Shown: positions 39,959 through 50,160 of the stretch, one piece after another
Numbering within the stretch: position 1 is the stretch's first letter
How the letters are laid out: every line of letters begins with the position of its first letter
Assembly (NCBI GenBank): GCA_965197965.1
Contig: OZ240235.1
Coordinates: forward strand, 859,037 to 923,036
Direction of reading: 5' to 3'
Source: Dehalococcoidia bacterium
Lineage (GTDB): Bacteria; Chloroflexota; Dehalococcoidia; Lucifugimonadales; QGNO01
Length of the DNA stretch: 64,000 bases
The notes under the pieces: generated by a model
Told to the model about the DNA's origin: nothing
Seen by the model: only the letters and a program-made list of their open reading frames with translations
Database searches by the model: none
Position numbers and translations under genes: made by a program

Positions 39959-40888
39959 AAGGTACCAGTCGAATCTGCCCAGGCCAACCCCCAAAGCAAG
40001 GAGGACACCGTACCACCAGTGGAGGCTCGCCGATTGCCTGAGGCCGGTGAGGAAGGCGGGACGGTCGTTGCCGTATCGGAGGGTGCGCCAGGTCTGATAA
40101 GCCCTGGGCAAGGCGAGGAACGGCAGTAGCAGCAGAAGGCCCATGCCGCCAAAGACGGCGAGGGCCGCGGGCAGAGCGAATCCCGCCGCTGCCAACGCTG
40201 TCCATAGCGACCGGCCAAAGGGACGCCCCCACAGGGTGACCGGGGTGCTTTTTCCGGCTCTCAGGTCCTCTTCCCTATCCCGCAGGTCGTTGGCGACGAG
40301 GATAGCGGTGACCGTACAGCCCACACTGGCGGCAAGCAACAACGACTCCACGGTCAGGGTCTGTGTGTGCACGTAGTAAGTGCCCATCACCATTATCAAT
40401 CCCATGAAAACGAAGACCATAGGCTGTCCAATGGCGTAGGCGCCCAAAGGCCTGGGGCCTCCGGCGTAAAGATAGGCCGCGGCTAGACTTGCCAGGCTGA
40501 CAACCAGGATCGGCCAGCCGGTAACGGCCACGATGTAGAGGCCTGCGAGAGTAGCGAGGCCAAAGGAGATCAGTGCTCCTAGCTTCACCGCCCGCACCGA
40601 GAGCAGTCCCAGCGCTATCACCTTGTAGGGGGCTATCATCTTGCCCCCTTCCTCTACGCGCCCATGGTCCGAATACTCATCGACCAGGTTGGCGCCCACC
40701 TGCACCAGGAGCGACGCTACCAGGATGAGGACGAACAATCCGGGATCGGCCAGGCCTTCCCGGAAGGCGAGCGCAGAGCCAACGAGAACGGGTACCACGG
40801 ATGCGGGCAGTGTAAAGGGGCGCGATGCCCTGTACCAGACACCCGGCTTGCTCCATAGCGAAAGGGTTGACGCTGCTCTTTGCTCCAC
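39953..40888 (-). CDS. menA: 1,4-dihydroxy-2-naphthoate prenyltransferase
   Basis: RPFTLPAS, NLVDEYSD, YAGGPRP, ANDLRDREED; start assigned to GTG 40888 just after the menB stop. Confidence 0.9.
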   Translation of the reverse strand: MEQRAASTLSLWSKPGVWYRASRPFTLPASVVPVLVGSALAFREGLADPGLFVLILVASLLVQVGANLVDEYSDHGRVEEGGKMIAPYKVIALGLLSVRAVKLGALISFGLATLAGLYIVAVTGWPILVVSLASLAAAYLYAGGPRPLGAYAIGQPMVFVFMGLIMVMGTYYVHTQTLTVESLLLAASVGCTVTAILVANDLRDREEDLRAGKSTPVTLWGRPFGRSLWTALAAAGFALPAALAVFGGMGLLLLLPFLALPRAYQTWRTLRYGNDRPAFLTGLRQSASLHWWYGVLLALGVGLGRFDWYLV

Positions 40889-40899
40889 TTTTTGATGAC

Positions 40900-41697
40900 C
40901 TACCAGGGATGATGCCGAAAGCTGTCGAAGTTGGGAGCGCGCTTCTCCAAGAAGGCGTTGCTGCCTTCTCTGCATTCGTCCGTGGTGTAGTAGAGGGCAG
41001 TAGCTCCGTGGGCCATGTTCTGTATGCCGTATACGTGGTCGGTGTCCGCATTGAATCCGTGTTTGAGGAACCTCAGCGCGGTGGGACTCTTCTCCAGCAG
41101 CTCCCGGCTCCACTCCATGACGGTGGATTCAAGCTCGGACTGAGGCACCACGGCGTTGACCAGCCCCATGCGTAGCGCTTCCTCGGCCGGATAGCGGCGG
41201 CAGAGGTACCAGATCTCGCGCGCCTTCTTCTCGCCGACGATGCGAGCCAGGAAAATAGCGCCGAACCCGGCATCGAAGCTGCCGAACTTGGGGCCTATCT
41301 GCCCGAAGACGGCCCTATCCGAGGCGATAGTGAGGTCGCAAAGCACGTGGAGCACGTGTCCCCCGCCGATAGCGTAGCCGTCCACCATTGCGATGACCGG
41401 CTTGGGAATCTCGCGGATCAGCCTGTGCAGATGGGTGACCTGCAGCCGAACGCCGCCGGCTTCGTCCTGGTAGCCGCCTTCTCCGCGGGTCTTCACGTCG
41501 CCGCCGGTGCAGAAATTGCCGTTTTCGCCGGTGAGCACCACAACGCCCACCTTGGAATCGTTCCAGGCGTCCTGGAAGGCGTCCCGCATCTCGTCGATGG
41601 TCAGGGGGCGGAAAGCGTTGAGCACTCGCGGGCGATTGATCGATACTTTTGCCACGCCGCCTTCCTTTGTGTAGATGATGTCCTGATAGTCGTCCAT
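40900..41697 (-). CDS. menB: 1,4-dihydroxy-2-naphthoyl-CoA synthase
   Basis: [43 protein letters not shown]. Confidence 0.96.
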   Translation of the reverse strand: MDDYQDIIYTKEGGVAKVSINRPRVLNAFRPLTIDEMRDAFQDAWNDSKVGVVVLTGENGNFCTGGDVKTRGEGGYQDEAGGVRLQVTHLHRLIREIPKPVIAMVDGYAIGGGHVLHVLCDLTIASDRAVFGQIGPKFGSFDAGFGAIFLARIVGEKKAREIWYLCRRYPAEEALRMGLVNAVVPQSELESTVMEWSRELLEKSPTALRFLKHGFNADTDHVYGIQNMAHGATALYYTTDECREGSNAFLEKRAPNFDSFRHHPW

Positions 41698-41716
41698 AGG
41701 TTCCTCCAAAAGTGGG

Positions 41717-42913
41717 TTAGATAGCTCCTGCGTCGCGCAACCGTGTGACCTTGTCCCCGGATATACCCAGCAAACAGTCCAATATCTCGGAGGTATGCTC
41801 ACCCAAGCCGGGCGAAGGCCCGGCGGGGCCAGTGGCTGCTTGGCTGAAGTTGAACGGTGTATTGGCCACCTTCCAGGTTCCCTTGGAGCTGTGCGGTATC
41901 TCGGCGATCATGCCGCGGTGATTGACCTGTGCGTCTTGAGCTACGTCGGCGATGCTGTTCACGGGGCCGCAGGGGATATCCCCTTCCGTGAGCACGGACA
42001 GCCAGTGCGATGCGGTTTTTTCCAAGAACAGCTCATCCAGCAGGGGAGCCAGAAGAGCATCGTAGCACTCCATGCGGTCGCGGTTGGTCTGGAAGCGCGC
42101 GTCCGCGGCGAGGTCCGGGCGGTCTATGGCCTTGCAGAAGCGATGCCACACGGCGGGATCGTCGCTAAGCAGAGCCACGACGAAGCTGCTATCGCTGGCC
42201 TGGAATATCTGGAACGGCGCGGCGACGGGGTGCCTTGCGCCAATGGGGCCCGGGACTGCTCCGGTAGAGAAATAGCGGGAGAGGGCGTTTTCCATCATCA
42301 TCACCTGGCAGTCCAGCATGGATATGTCTATGTACTGTCCCTGTCCGGTGGCCTCGCGCTGGTAGAGAGCGGCCAGTACAGAGAGAGCGGTGAATACTCC
42401 GGCAATGCTGTCTCCCAGAGATGCGCCGGGACGTGTCAGCGGGCCGTCCGGCTGGCCGGTAACGCTGATGAGTCCGCCCATGGCCTGCACCACTATGTCC
42501 AGGGCCGGGCGCTGCGACTCCGGGCCGTCCTGCCCGAAACCGGAGATGGCGGCGTAGATAAGGCCGTGGTGCAGGCTCTTCACGCTTTCATACTCCAGTC
42601 CAAATCGGGCCATGGTGCCCGGTACAAAGTTCTCAACGAGCACGTCACAGTGAGGGAGCATGGAGCGGACCAGTTCCTGTCCCTCTTCCGAAAAGAGGTT
42701 AACCGTGATACTTTTCTTACCCCGGTTGATGCTTATGAAATATGCGGCTTCATCTCCCACCAATGGTCCCAAGTTCCGTGCCGGATCGCCCTGGCCGGGG
42801 CGCTCTATCTTGATCACGTCCGCGCCCAAATCCGCCAGGATCATGGTGCAAAACGGTCCGGCCAGAAGCCTGGTCAGGTCAAGGACTCGTACGCCGCTCA
42901 ATGGTCCGGTCAT
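41717..42913 (-). CDS. Class III CoA-transferase (CaiB/BaiF family)
   Basis: [52 protein letters not shown] (catalytic Asp position), LGEHT; GGAGGAG RBS. Confidence 0.93.
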   Translation of the reverse strand: MTGPLSGVRVLDLTRLLAGPFCTMILADLGADVIKIERPGQGDPARNLGPLVGDEAAYFISINRGKKSITVNLFSEEGQELVRSMLPHCDVLVENFVPGTMARFGLEYESVKSLHHGLIYAAISGFGQDGPESQRPALDIVVQAMGGLISVTGQPDGPLTRPGASLGDSIAGVFTALSVLAALYQREATGQGQYIDISMLDCQVMMMENALSRYFSTGAVPGPIGARHPVAAPFQIFQASDSSFVVALLSDDPAVWHRFCKAIDRPDLAADARFQTNRDRMECYDALLAPLLDELFLEKTASHWLSVLTEGDIPCGPVNSIADVAQDAQVNHRGMIAEIPHSSKGTWKVANTPFNFSQAATGPAGPSPGLGEHTSEILDCLLGISGDKVTRLRDAGAI

Positions 42914-42955
42914 CCCACTCCTCCAATCCGGTTTAAAGAAATCCGGTTCAACGAT

Positions 42956-44077
42956 ATGAAAGTAGAACGCGTTTCCTGGCAAGGTTTCTCTATTCCATTC
43001 CGCAGGCCGTACGTTACCTCGCAGGGGGTATCCGCCACGCGGTATGGGCTTCTGCTGTTCCTCCACGGCGACGACGGTTCCATAGGCATGGGAGAGGCAT
43101 CGCCGGTGGGGGCAGGCAGCCGGGAAGAGGTGGAGGCTATTGGGGCATCCCTTGGCGAAATGGCGCCGCGGCTCCTGGGAACCGAGCCGTCAGCCACGGA
43201 GAACCCTCCTCTGCCGGAGTGGAACGCGCCACCCGTTCTGCGGTTCGGGATAGAGACGGCTCTACTTGATCTGCGGGGCAAGGCGCTGATGCGCAATGCC
43301 AGCGAGCTGTTGAACGGAGTTGCCAGATCCCTGCCGGTCAACGCTCTCATAGCAGCGGAAACGCCCGGAGAAGCCGCCGCGGAGGCCAAGGATGCGGCCG
43401 GCGCCGGGTTCAGAACTATCAAGTTGAAGGTGGGGCTTGAGTCCGCAAAGCAGGATGAGGCTCTTGTCTCAGCGGTGCGCCAGGCGGTTGGGACGGAGAT
43501 CAAAGTGCGCATAGACGCCAACCGGAAGTGGGGCCTGCCAGAAGCCATCGCCGGGCTGCGCAGACTGGAACAGTACGACATTGAATACGTGGAGGACCCG
43601 CTCAGGAGGGACGATACGGCCGGTCTAGCCGAATTGCGACGCTCCGTTGGGATCCCGGTGGCGGTAGACGAAGCGCTGGGAACCGCGGACAGAACGCAAC
43701 GCCTAGCAGTGGCGGATAGCGCGGACGTACTGGTGATCAAGGCGGGACGGCTGGGCGGACTGAAAGAGGCGCTGGAGCTGATGCGGCTGGCCGAGGACAG
43801 AGGCAAGGGGCTGGTGGTGACCTCCTCCTTGGAATGCGGAGTCGGCCTGGCGGCCAGCGTCCACCTAGCGGCAACGCTGACGGCACACCCCTTTGCCCAC
43901 GGGCTGGCCACGGCGGCGTCGCTGGAAAGCGACCTGCTTTCGGCGTCGTCACTGCCCTGGAGGGGCAGCGTGATGACTCCGGCCGGGCTCGGCCTGGGCG
44001 TATCGCTGGACGGCAGCCTTCTGGAGAGGTACGGCATAGACGTAGCGGGCTCCATCACCGGGAGGCCACCGGGGTAA
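42956..44077 (+). CDS. menC: o-succinylbenzoate synthase
   Basis: Enolase superfamily: GEASP, TIKLKVG, RIDANRKW, YVEDP, AVDEAL, VIK, SSLECGVG, HGLAT; located in men cluster. Confidence 0.87.
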   Translation: MKVERVSWQGFSIPFRRPYVTSQGVSATRYGLLLFLHGDDGSIGMGEASPVGAGSREEVEAIGASLGEMAPRLLGTEPSATENPPLPEWNAPPVLRFGIETALLDLRGKALMRNASELLNGVARSLPVNALIAAETPGEAAAEAKDAAGAGFRTIKLKVGLESAKQDEALVSAVRQAVGTEIKVRIDANRKWGLPEAIAGLRRLEQYDIEYVEDPLRRDDTAGLAELRRSVGIPVAVDEALGTADRTQRLAVADSADVLVIKAGRLGGLKEALELMRLAEDRGKGLVVTSSLECGVGLAASVHLAATLTAHPFAHGLATAASLESDLLSASSLPWRGSVMTPAGLGLGVSLDGSLLERYGIDVAGSITGRPPG

Positions 44078-44888
44078 GGACTTCTTCCAGGAATCCCGTC
44101 ACCGTGCGTTCGAAGATTTCGGGCTGTTCCAGGTGGACGGCGTGTCCGGCCTCGGCAACCGTTTCCAAACGGCTGGTTGGTATTGCCCGCCGCATTTCGC
44201 GGGCTATGCTGGTGAACTTTTCGTCTTCTTCGCCAGCAACTAGCAGCGCTGGCGCAGTGATCTCTTCAAGCCGGTCATGGAGTGGCGGTTGAGCGCCGGT
44301 GCCCACGCCCCTGAGGCTGTTGGCCAGCCCGCAAGGGTTGTTGCGCAGGCGCTGGTATCTCAAACCGTCGCGGATAACCGCGGGCAGGCGTTTCTGGCTG
44401 TGCCAAAGCGGTAGTGATTCCCAGTACTCCACGAACCGTTGCACGCCAACCTCCGCGATCCAGTCAGCAAGCGCCTCGTCTTCCCGTATGCGCTGTCGTC
44501 TTTCTTCCGCCGCGGCTATGCCCGGAGAGGCGCTTTCCAGGACAAGCGCCTCGGTGTGTTCCGGCAGAGCAATGGCGGCGCTAAGCGCTATGCGCCCACC
44601 CAGTGAATAGCCCAGCCAGGCAACCCGCTCAAGGTCCAGCCGGTCCAGAATCTCGGCCAGGGCCTGGACGTGGCGCTCCATGGTATACAGTCGGGAGTCC
44701 TGCGGAGAGTCCGATGCGCCGTGGCCGGGCAGGTCTACGGCAACTACTGTGAAACAGGTCCCGGAGGCCTGAGAAAACGACCGCCACGTTTGGACGCTGC
44801 CAGTGAAGCCGTGGATAACTACCAGGACAGGTCCACGGCCCGTCATCTCAACGTTCAGCTCCGCCCCTTCCAGAGCGCTAAGGGCCAT
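44055..44888 (-). CDS. menH: SHCHC synthase
   Basis: IHGFTG, GYSLGGR, LESASPG, RRQRIREDEAL, AGHAVH. Confidence 0.92.
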   Translation of the reverse strand: MALSALEGAELNVEMTGRGPVLVVIHGFTGSVQTWRSFSQASGTCFTVVAVDLPGHGASDSPQDSRLYTMERHVQALAEILDRLDLERVAWLGYSLGGRIALSAAIALPEHTEALVLESASPGIAAAEERRQRIREDEALADWIAEVGVQRFVEYWESLPLWHSQKRLPAVIRDGLRYQRLRNNPCGLANSLRGVGTGAQPPLHDRLEEITAPALLVAGEEDEKFTSIAREMRRAIPTSRLETVAEAGHAVHLEQPEIFERTVTGFLEEVLTPVASR

Positions 44889-44898
44889 TCGAGTCAAG

Positions 44899-46686
44899 CT
44901 ATGTTCTCCTCCCCGCTCTAATCTCCGCGGACACCGTCTCCCACACCTCTCGATGCAGCGCCACGTTGCGTTCACGGTCGCCGTGCGCCTCTATGAGGGT
45001 GATGCCGCTGCCCGCCAAGCTTTTCTGCACGCTCCGGTCGAACGTTTCCCAGTCATCCGCCAGCGAATAGTCAAGACCGTACATTTCAGCGGCGGCGCGG
45101 AAGGTCAGCCCGTGAGGCGTCCCGAAGTAAGTTTCGAAAACATCCTGATAATCCGCTTGGGGCAAGAAGGAGAATATGCCGCCGCCGTTATTGTTCAGCA
45201 CAATTATGGTGGCGTCCAAGCCGTGTGCCTTGGCGGCCAGCAGCCCGTTCATGTCGTGATACAGCGAGATGTCGCCAATGACAAGTACAACCCTTTTCTC
45301 TGAAACGGCGGCCACTCCCAAAGCAGACGAGACGACGCCGTCTATGCCACTGGCGCCGCGATTGGCCATGAAACGGATGGAGCCGTCGGTGGAAGGGAAG
45401 AAGGAGTCCATGTCGCGTATTGGCATGCTGTTGCCGGCAAAGAGAACGGAGTCGTCTGGAAGCAGTGCGGCCAGACGGCTGAACACCTTGCCTTCAAACA
45501 TTTCGCCGCATTCATCCAGTGCCTCATCCAGGGCGGCGCGTGAGGAGCCGGCGATGCGCCGCCAGCGCCTGCTCCACTCTCCGTCCGAACGCCCGACGTG
45601 CAACGCCGGCGAAAGGGATTCGCAGAAAAGCGCCGGCGAGACAGGGAAAAGCTGGGATGTCAAACGGAACGGGTCGCGCCAGTCGTGGCTCTCGTCGACC
45701 AGTATATGCCGCGCCTGCTTGTTCTTCTCCAGGTATTGCGTAAGCGGTTTGGACACCGGCAAAGCGCCCAGGCGGATCACCAGCTCCGGGGCCAGGGAGT
45801 CCGCTAACTCATCGTCGCGAATGAAGGCATCGTAGTTGTCGATAACCAGCGACCTGTCGTGAGGGCCGCAGCGTACGCCGGACAAGGCGTCCGCCAGCAG
45901 CGGATAGCCCAGCTTCCAGGCCAGTTCAGTGACCGCCTCCGCCTGCATAGGCCCGTTCTGCGGTCCGCATACGATAAGGCCGCGCTCCGTCCCGGCCAGA
46001 TCGGCGGCAAGTCGTTGCACATCTTCTAGCCGGGGCCTTGACTCGTAGTCCGGGCTGAAGACGAATGGCCTACCGTCTTCACGGCCATGCCAGGCCGCCA
46101 TGTCCTGCTCCGGAACCGAAGCCGGGAAATCGGAAGGGGTGGCCACAGGCTCCAGAGGCTCGCGGAAAGGGAAATCGACGTGTACGGGCCCCGCAGGCGC
46201 AGACCCTGCACTGAAGTAAGCGCGGCAGGCCACTGACCTTGTATAGGACATTATCTCCGTGGTGGCTTCCGGCGGCGGCATGTTCACCGACCACTTGACG
46301 TGGCTTCCATACATGCGGGTCTGGTCGATGGTCTGCAAGGCTCCCCAGTCCACCATCTCCGGAGGTCTATCCGCGGTGAGAGCCAGCAGCGGTACGGAGC
46401 CATAACGCGCCTCAACCACCGCGGGAAAGAAATTGGCGCTGGCCGTACCCGACGAGCAGACCAAGGCCACCGGCTTACCCGTGGCGCGCGCCATGCCCAG
46501 TGCGAAGAAAGACGCCGAACGTTCGTCCAGGTGGACCCACGTCCTGATGCCGGGATGGCGTGCGAAGGCAATGGCCAGGGGTGAGGAACGAGAGCCCGGG
46601 CAGATGCAGACGTGCTCCAATCCGCAACGGGCCAGCTCGTCTATGAATGCGCCGGCGAGAGCGTAGTTCCTGTTCTCGAAATCCAC
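44899..46686 (-). CDS. menD: SEPHCHC synthase
   Basis: CPGSRSSPL, DERSASFFALG, TADRP, GNSMPIRD, NRGASGIDG, GDISLYHD, NNNGGGIF; GTG start at 46686 (ORF track uses 46701). Confidence 0.96.
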   Translation of the reverse strand: MDFENRNYALAGAFIDELARCGLEHVCICPGSRSSPLAIAFARHPGIRTWVHLDERSASFFALGMARATGKPVALVCSSGTASANFFPAVVEARYGSVPLLALTADRPPEMVDWGALQTIDQTRMYGSHVKWSVNMPPPEATTEIMSYTRSVACRAYFSAGSAPAGPVHVDFPFREPLEPVATPSDFPASVPEQDMAAWHGREDGRPFVFSPDYESRPRLEDVQRLAADLAGTERGLIVCGPQNGPMQAEAVTELAWKLGYPLLADALSGVRCGPHDRSLVIDNYDAFIRDDELADSLAPELVIRLGALPVSKPLTQYLEKNKQARHILVDESHDWRDPFRLTSQLFPVSPALFCESLSPALHVGRSDGEWSRRWRRIAGSSRAALDEALDECGEMFEGKVFSRLAALLPDDSVLFAGNSMPIRDMDSFFPSTDGSIRFMANRGASGIDGVVSSALGVAAVSEKRVVLVIGDISLYHDMNGLLAAKAHGLDATIIVLNNNGGGIFSFLPQADYQDVFETYFGTPHGLTFRAAAEMYGLDYSLADDWETFDRSVQKSLAGSGITLIEAHGDRERNVALHREVWETVSAEIRAGRRT

Positions 46687-46687
46687 C

Positions 46688-48085
46688 TCAGCCCTCACCA
46701 AGGGCCTTGAGCAGCGGCTGGAACTTCAGCTCGGTCTCTTCAAACTCACTCCGGACATCGGACCCTTCCACTATGCCGCTACCGGCAAAAAGCGTGGCCT
46801 GGTCCCCCTGCAAGAGGGCGGAGCGAATGGCCACGCTGAACTCACCGTCGCCTTCATGGTCCAACCAGCCCAGGGGAGCGGCGTACCAGCCGCGGTCTCC
46901 TTCCAGACGCCGGATTAGCTCCAGGGCAGCTCCGGTCGGTGTGCCGCCAAGGGCGGGCGTAGGGTGCAGTAACTGGACTATGTCAAGGATGTCGCGGTTG
47001 GAGCCGAGGCGTCCATGGAAGGATGTCCTCAGATGCTGCACGTTCCTTAGGTATGCAATGTCAGGCTGCCGGTTCCAATGGAGCTCGCTGCAGGCGTTGC
47101 TCAGCGCTTCAGCCAGCATGCTGACCACCGCCCCGTGCTCACGTCGCTCTTTGCCGCTGGCCAGCAGCTCCCGGCCCAGCCGTTCGTCCTCTTCCGGGGT
47201 ACTGCCTCGCGGAGCGGTCCCAGCGAGGCAGGAGAGGGCCAGCGCGCCCTTCTGCAGACGCACCAGCTCCTCCGGGGTGGCGCCCAGGAACGTTGAGTCG
47301 CCGTTGTCCACGGCGAACACGGTACATTGAGGATACGAATCGACGAGCCTGTCCAGGGCTGTAAGAGGAGAGAAATCGCCGTCGCCCAGCAAGGTGCGCC
47401 GGCGAGCCAGCACAACTTTGCTCAACCCACCGTCTTCAATCGAGCCAAGGGCCTGCTCCAACCACTCCTTCCACCGGCTATAACCGTCGGCGGAGTCGAG
47501 TAGGACCCTGGGCTGCGGTTCAGCCTGGAACTCGACCGAAGTCAAAGCGTCTATCATTGTCGTTGCTTGGTGGGTTTCCAATTGTGGGTCTGTCTCAGGG
47601 GAGACCAGCAGATTGGCCGTCATCCAGGCCTCGCCTTTCGATTGGGTGAGGAGAAGCCTGGGCAGCACTAGGCCCGCGTCGTGGAAACCCGCCCACAACG
47701 GACGCCTCTCGGCGAGGGGGTCGAAGCGTACGCCGCCGGTAAACACGGGACCGACGCCCCGCCTGCCGGCGCCCTGGATGATCGCCGAGTCCAGCAGGGA
47801 GGCAAGGGATTGCCGCATGGCCTCGATAGGACGTTCACCGTTCGCTTGGAGGACAGCGGCTGCGCCGCTTCCTACCATCCAGAAGCCGTCGTTGGGTCTG
47901 GCCCAAAAGCTGCGCATGCCCCATCTCTTGGCGGCGGCAAAGAAGGCCAGCGGATCGGGCGGCGCTTGCAAAGGCCAGGCGACGCTAACCAGCACGGGAC
48001 GGCCCAGCGATGCGGCTCGCTGGTGTCCCTCAGCAAACCACGATGCCAGCTGCACCGGTTCCAGCTCTGCGGCGGGAGGTCTCAT
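46688..48085 (-). CDS. menF: Isochorismate synthase
   Basis: KVVLARR, FLGATPE, CLAGT, KERREH, LHPTPALGG, RGWYA, AGSGIV. Confidence 0.93.
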   Translation of the reverse strand: MRPPAAELEPVQLASWFAEGHQRAASLGRPVLVSVAWPLQAPPDPLAFFAAAKRWGMRSFWARPNDGFWMVGSGAAAVLQANGERPIEAMRQSLASLLDSAIIQGAGRRGVGPVFTGGVRFDPLAERRPLWAGFHDAGLVLPRLLLTQSKGEAWMTANLLVSPETDPQLETHQATTMIDALTSVEFQAEPQPRVLLDSADGYSRWKEWLEQALGSIEDGGLSKVVLARRRTLLGDGDFSPLTALDRLVDSYPQCTVFAVDNGDSTFLGATPEELVRLQKGALALSCLAGTAPRGSTPEEDERLGRELLASGKERREHGAVVSMLAEALSNACSELHWNRQPDIAYLRNVQHLRTSFHGRLGSNRDILDIVQLLHPTPALGGTPTGAALELIRRLEGDRGWYAAPLGWLDHEGDGEFSVAIRSALLQGDQATLFAGSGIVEGSDVRSEFEETELKFQPLLKALGEG

Positions 48086-48714
48086 GAACGGTTCTCTCCA
48101 CCCATAGCGAGCAAGGCGGGCTCCATACCGATGCTTCTGAGCAGCGCGGTGCGCAATACGGGGGTCGCCTTGGTCAATGGAGTGGGCCTGCCGGTAAGAA
48201 GCCAGCGCACGATGATTTCGTACAATGCGCCGAACCAGATGTGTGCAATCAACTCGGTGTCCTGCGGCTCAATCTGGCCGAGGGCAACCGCATCGTCCAG
48301 CTCTTTCTTGATGAAGGCGGAGAACCGCTCTCGCATGGGAAGGAACTTTGTGTCGCTGGCCTTTCCGTGCCCCAGCACGTTGAGAAGGAGCACCTGTGCT
48401 ATCTTGCGCTGCCTGGCAAAGGTGGAGAGCAACGATTCGATGCCGGCGGCCACCCTGTGCAGCGGTGTAGGTTCGTGGCGGATGTTGCTCAAGGTCTTGT
48501 CGATGAGCTTCTGGCTCATGCGATCGACAAGGGCCACGACCATCTTCTCTTTGCTGGGGAAGTGGAAGTAGAAGCTGCCCTTGGAAGTGCCGGACATATC
48601 CACTATCTCTTGCACACCTGCCCCCGTGTACCCGTGCTGGGCAAGGACGTCCAGAGCGGCTTCCAAGATACGCTCCTGAGCATTTGCCGAATCTAGAGTG
48701 GACGTTCTGGCCAT
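48082..48714 (-). CDS. TetR/AcrR family transcriptional regulator
   Basis: ILEAALDVLAQHGY...SKGSFYFHFPSKE HTH; ATGA overlap with menF. Confidence 0.92.
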   Translation of the reverse strand: MARTSTLDSANAQERILEAALDVLAQHGYTGAGVQEIVDMSGTSKGSFYFHFPSKEKMVVALVDRMSQKLIDKTLSNIRHEPTPLHRVAAGIESLLSTFARQRKIAQVLLLNVLGHGKASDTKFLPMRERFSAFIKKELDDAVALGQIEPQDTELIAHIWFGALYEIIVRWLLTGRPTPLTKATPVLRTALLRSIGMEPALLAMGGENRS

Positions 48715-48719
48715 TTTGT

Positions 48720-48733
48720 ACCGACCGGTTGGT
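48720..48733. promoter_or_regulatory. Candidate TetR operator
   Basis: Near-perfect palindrome ACCGACCGGTTGGT a few bp upstream of the tetR start. Confidence 0.55.
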
Positions 48734-49026
48734 CTAGTGATGCCGCCAGTATGGCAGGAATTAGGCGGTGTTGTCAATGGAATGAAACGAGTGAAAATCT
48801 CGGATGTTCCCCAAGTTTCACCGACAATCGCTTACCTTCTTATAGCAGCACCGCACGTTGGCCGGTTGCGCTGTTGGCGCGCGCCTCTTTTAGCGGAAGG
48901 ATGTCAAACGTAGGCATTTCGTCTACCTCCTTGCATGAGCGGCCGGATCAGACCATCTGCCCTGTTGGTGGAGAACCCCAACGGAATGTTAATATCTGAA
49001 CAATCCTGGCCCCCTGGGAGGACATC

Positions 49027-49956
49027 ATGGCGGAGCGCGACGATGCAGGCGCGGCAGCGTACGCGAAGACGATCAAGGATCCAAAGCCCTTGGACCCGGC
49101 CTTTGCCGCCGAGCGACTGAAAGAGGTCAAGCGCGTTTTCGACGAACTGGGCGTCTTCTTCTGGCTGAGCTCAGGCACGTGCCTTGGTGCCGTCCGCGAG
49201 GGGCGCTTCATACCCTGGGACGACGAGATGGACACGGCAGCGGTCATCGGGATGCACGGCCTCACTATCGAGACACTCGACCGGGTCGCCGAGGCGTTCA
49301 GAGAGCGCGGCTTCTACTGCCCTATCGAACACAACTCCCGCTACTCCATCGTCAACTTCATAAAGGACGGCGTCAGGGTGGACTGGACCTGCCACCATAT
49401 CGTCAACGGCAAGGCCTATCAGTTCCCTGGAATCGAGCTGCCTCTGAGCCTCTTCGAGCACCCGAGAGAGATCGAGTTCATCGGCGAGAAGTTCCGAGTT
49501 CCGGACCCGCCCGAGGAATACCTGCGGCTGAAGTACGGCCCCGAGTGGCGAACACCGAAAGGGCCTGGCTTCGAATCGGACGTCGTCATGAAGATCAAAG
49601 ACGGCACACTGCTCAGCCGGGCCCGTAGACTCCAGCGCGCCATCACCATGGGCCGGCTGCCGCGCCCCAACATTGGCTTGCGGGTCTTCAATCGTGAGGG
49701 GGAGGCGGTCAGCGGTGCGGACGTCATCGTCGCAGGAATAGGCCGCACGACGACCGACGCCCAAGGCCGGGCCAGGTTCTTCGTGCCGGACGAGGCCTAC
49801 TACGCAGTGATCGTGGCGTATCCCGGCCACAGGGAGATCCTCTACGGGGAAGTGCTTACTCCGGGGGCCGGCTACACCTACCGTCCCGGCCCCATCGTGA
49901 CTCCGGAGGAGCATTACAAAGCGGGCGTGCGCGCGCTGGCGCTGGTCAGGGAATAG
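49027..49956 (+). CDS. LicD/fukutin-family nucleotidyltransferase with C-terminal beta-sandwich domain
   Basis: GTCLGAVREGRFIPWDDEMD, PEEYLRLKYGPEWRTP; C-terminal GEAVSGADV...TTDAQGR. Confidence 0.8.
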   Translation: MAERDDAGAAAYAKTIKDPKPLDPAFAAERLKEVKRVFDELGVFFWLSSGTCLGAVREGRFIPWDDEMDTAAVIGMHGLTIETLDRVAEAFRERGFYCPIEHNSRYSIVNFIKDGVRVDWTCHHIVNGKAYQFPGIELPLSLFEHPREIEFIGEKFRVPDPPEEYLRLKYGPEWRTPKGPGFESDVVMKIKDGTLLSRARRLQRAITMGRLPRPNIGLRVFNREGEAVSGADVIVAGIGRTTTDAQGRARFFVPDEAYYAVIVAYPGHREILYGEVLTPGAGYTYRPGPIVTPEEHYKAGVRALALVRE

Positions 49957-50160
49957 CCCTTCTCAAACGGGGAGTTGGTCGTCGTCCAGGGCTACAACGA
50001 CGCCGAACGCGGCGTTAATCGCCGAGATGTATTGATCTGGCCGATGGTGGCAGAGATGCTTCGTTGGCGGGAGTGGTTGAAGACGGACGAGGCATGACCG
50101 CTCTGGGCACAACTGGTTGCCTGCCCATTTGTCTGGGGGCGGTGGTGGGGCCGGCGGGGC

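Noticed and set aside
39953-41113. Long N-terminal extension of MenA
   Set aside because: It overlaps menB in another frame; GTG 40888 fits better.
41795-44077. 760-aa ORF as a MenC fusion protein
   Set aside because: The N-terminal half is the antisense shadow of the CoA-transferase; the MenC-like sequence starts at ATG 42956.
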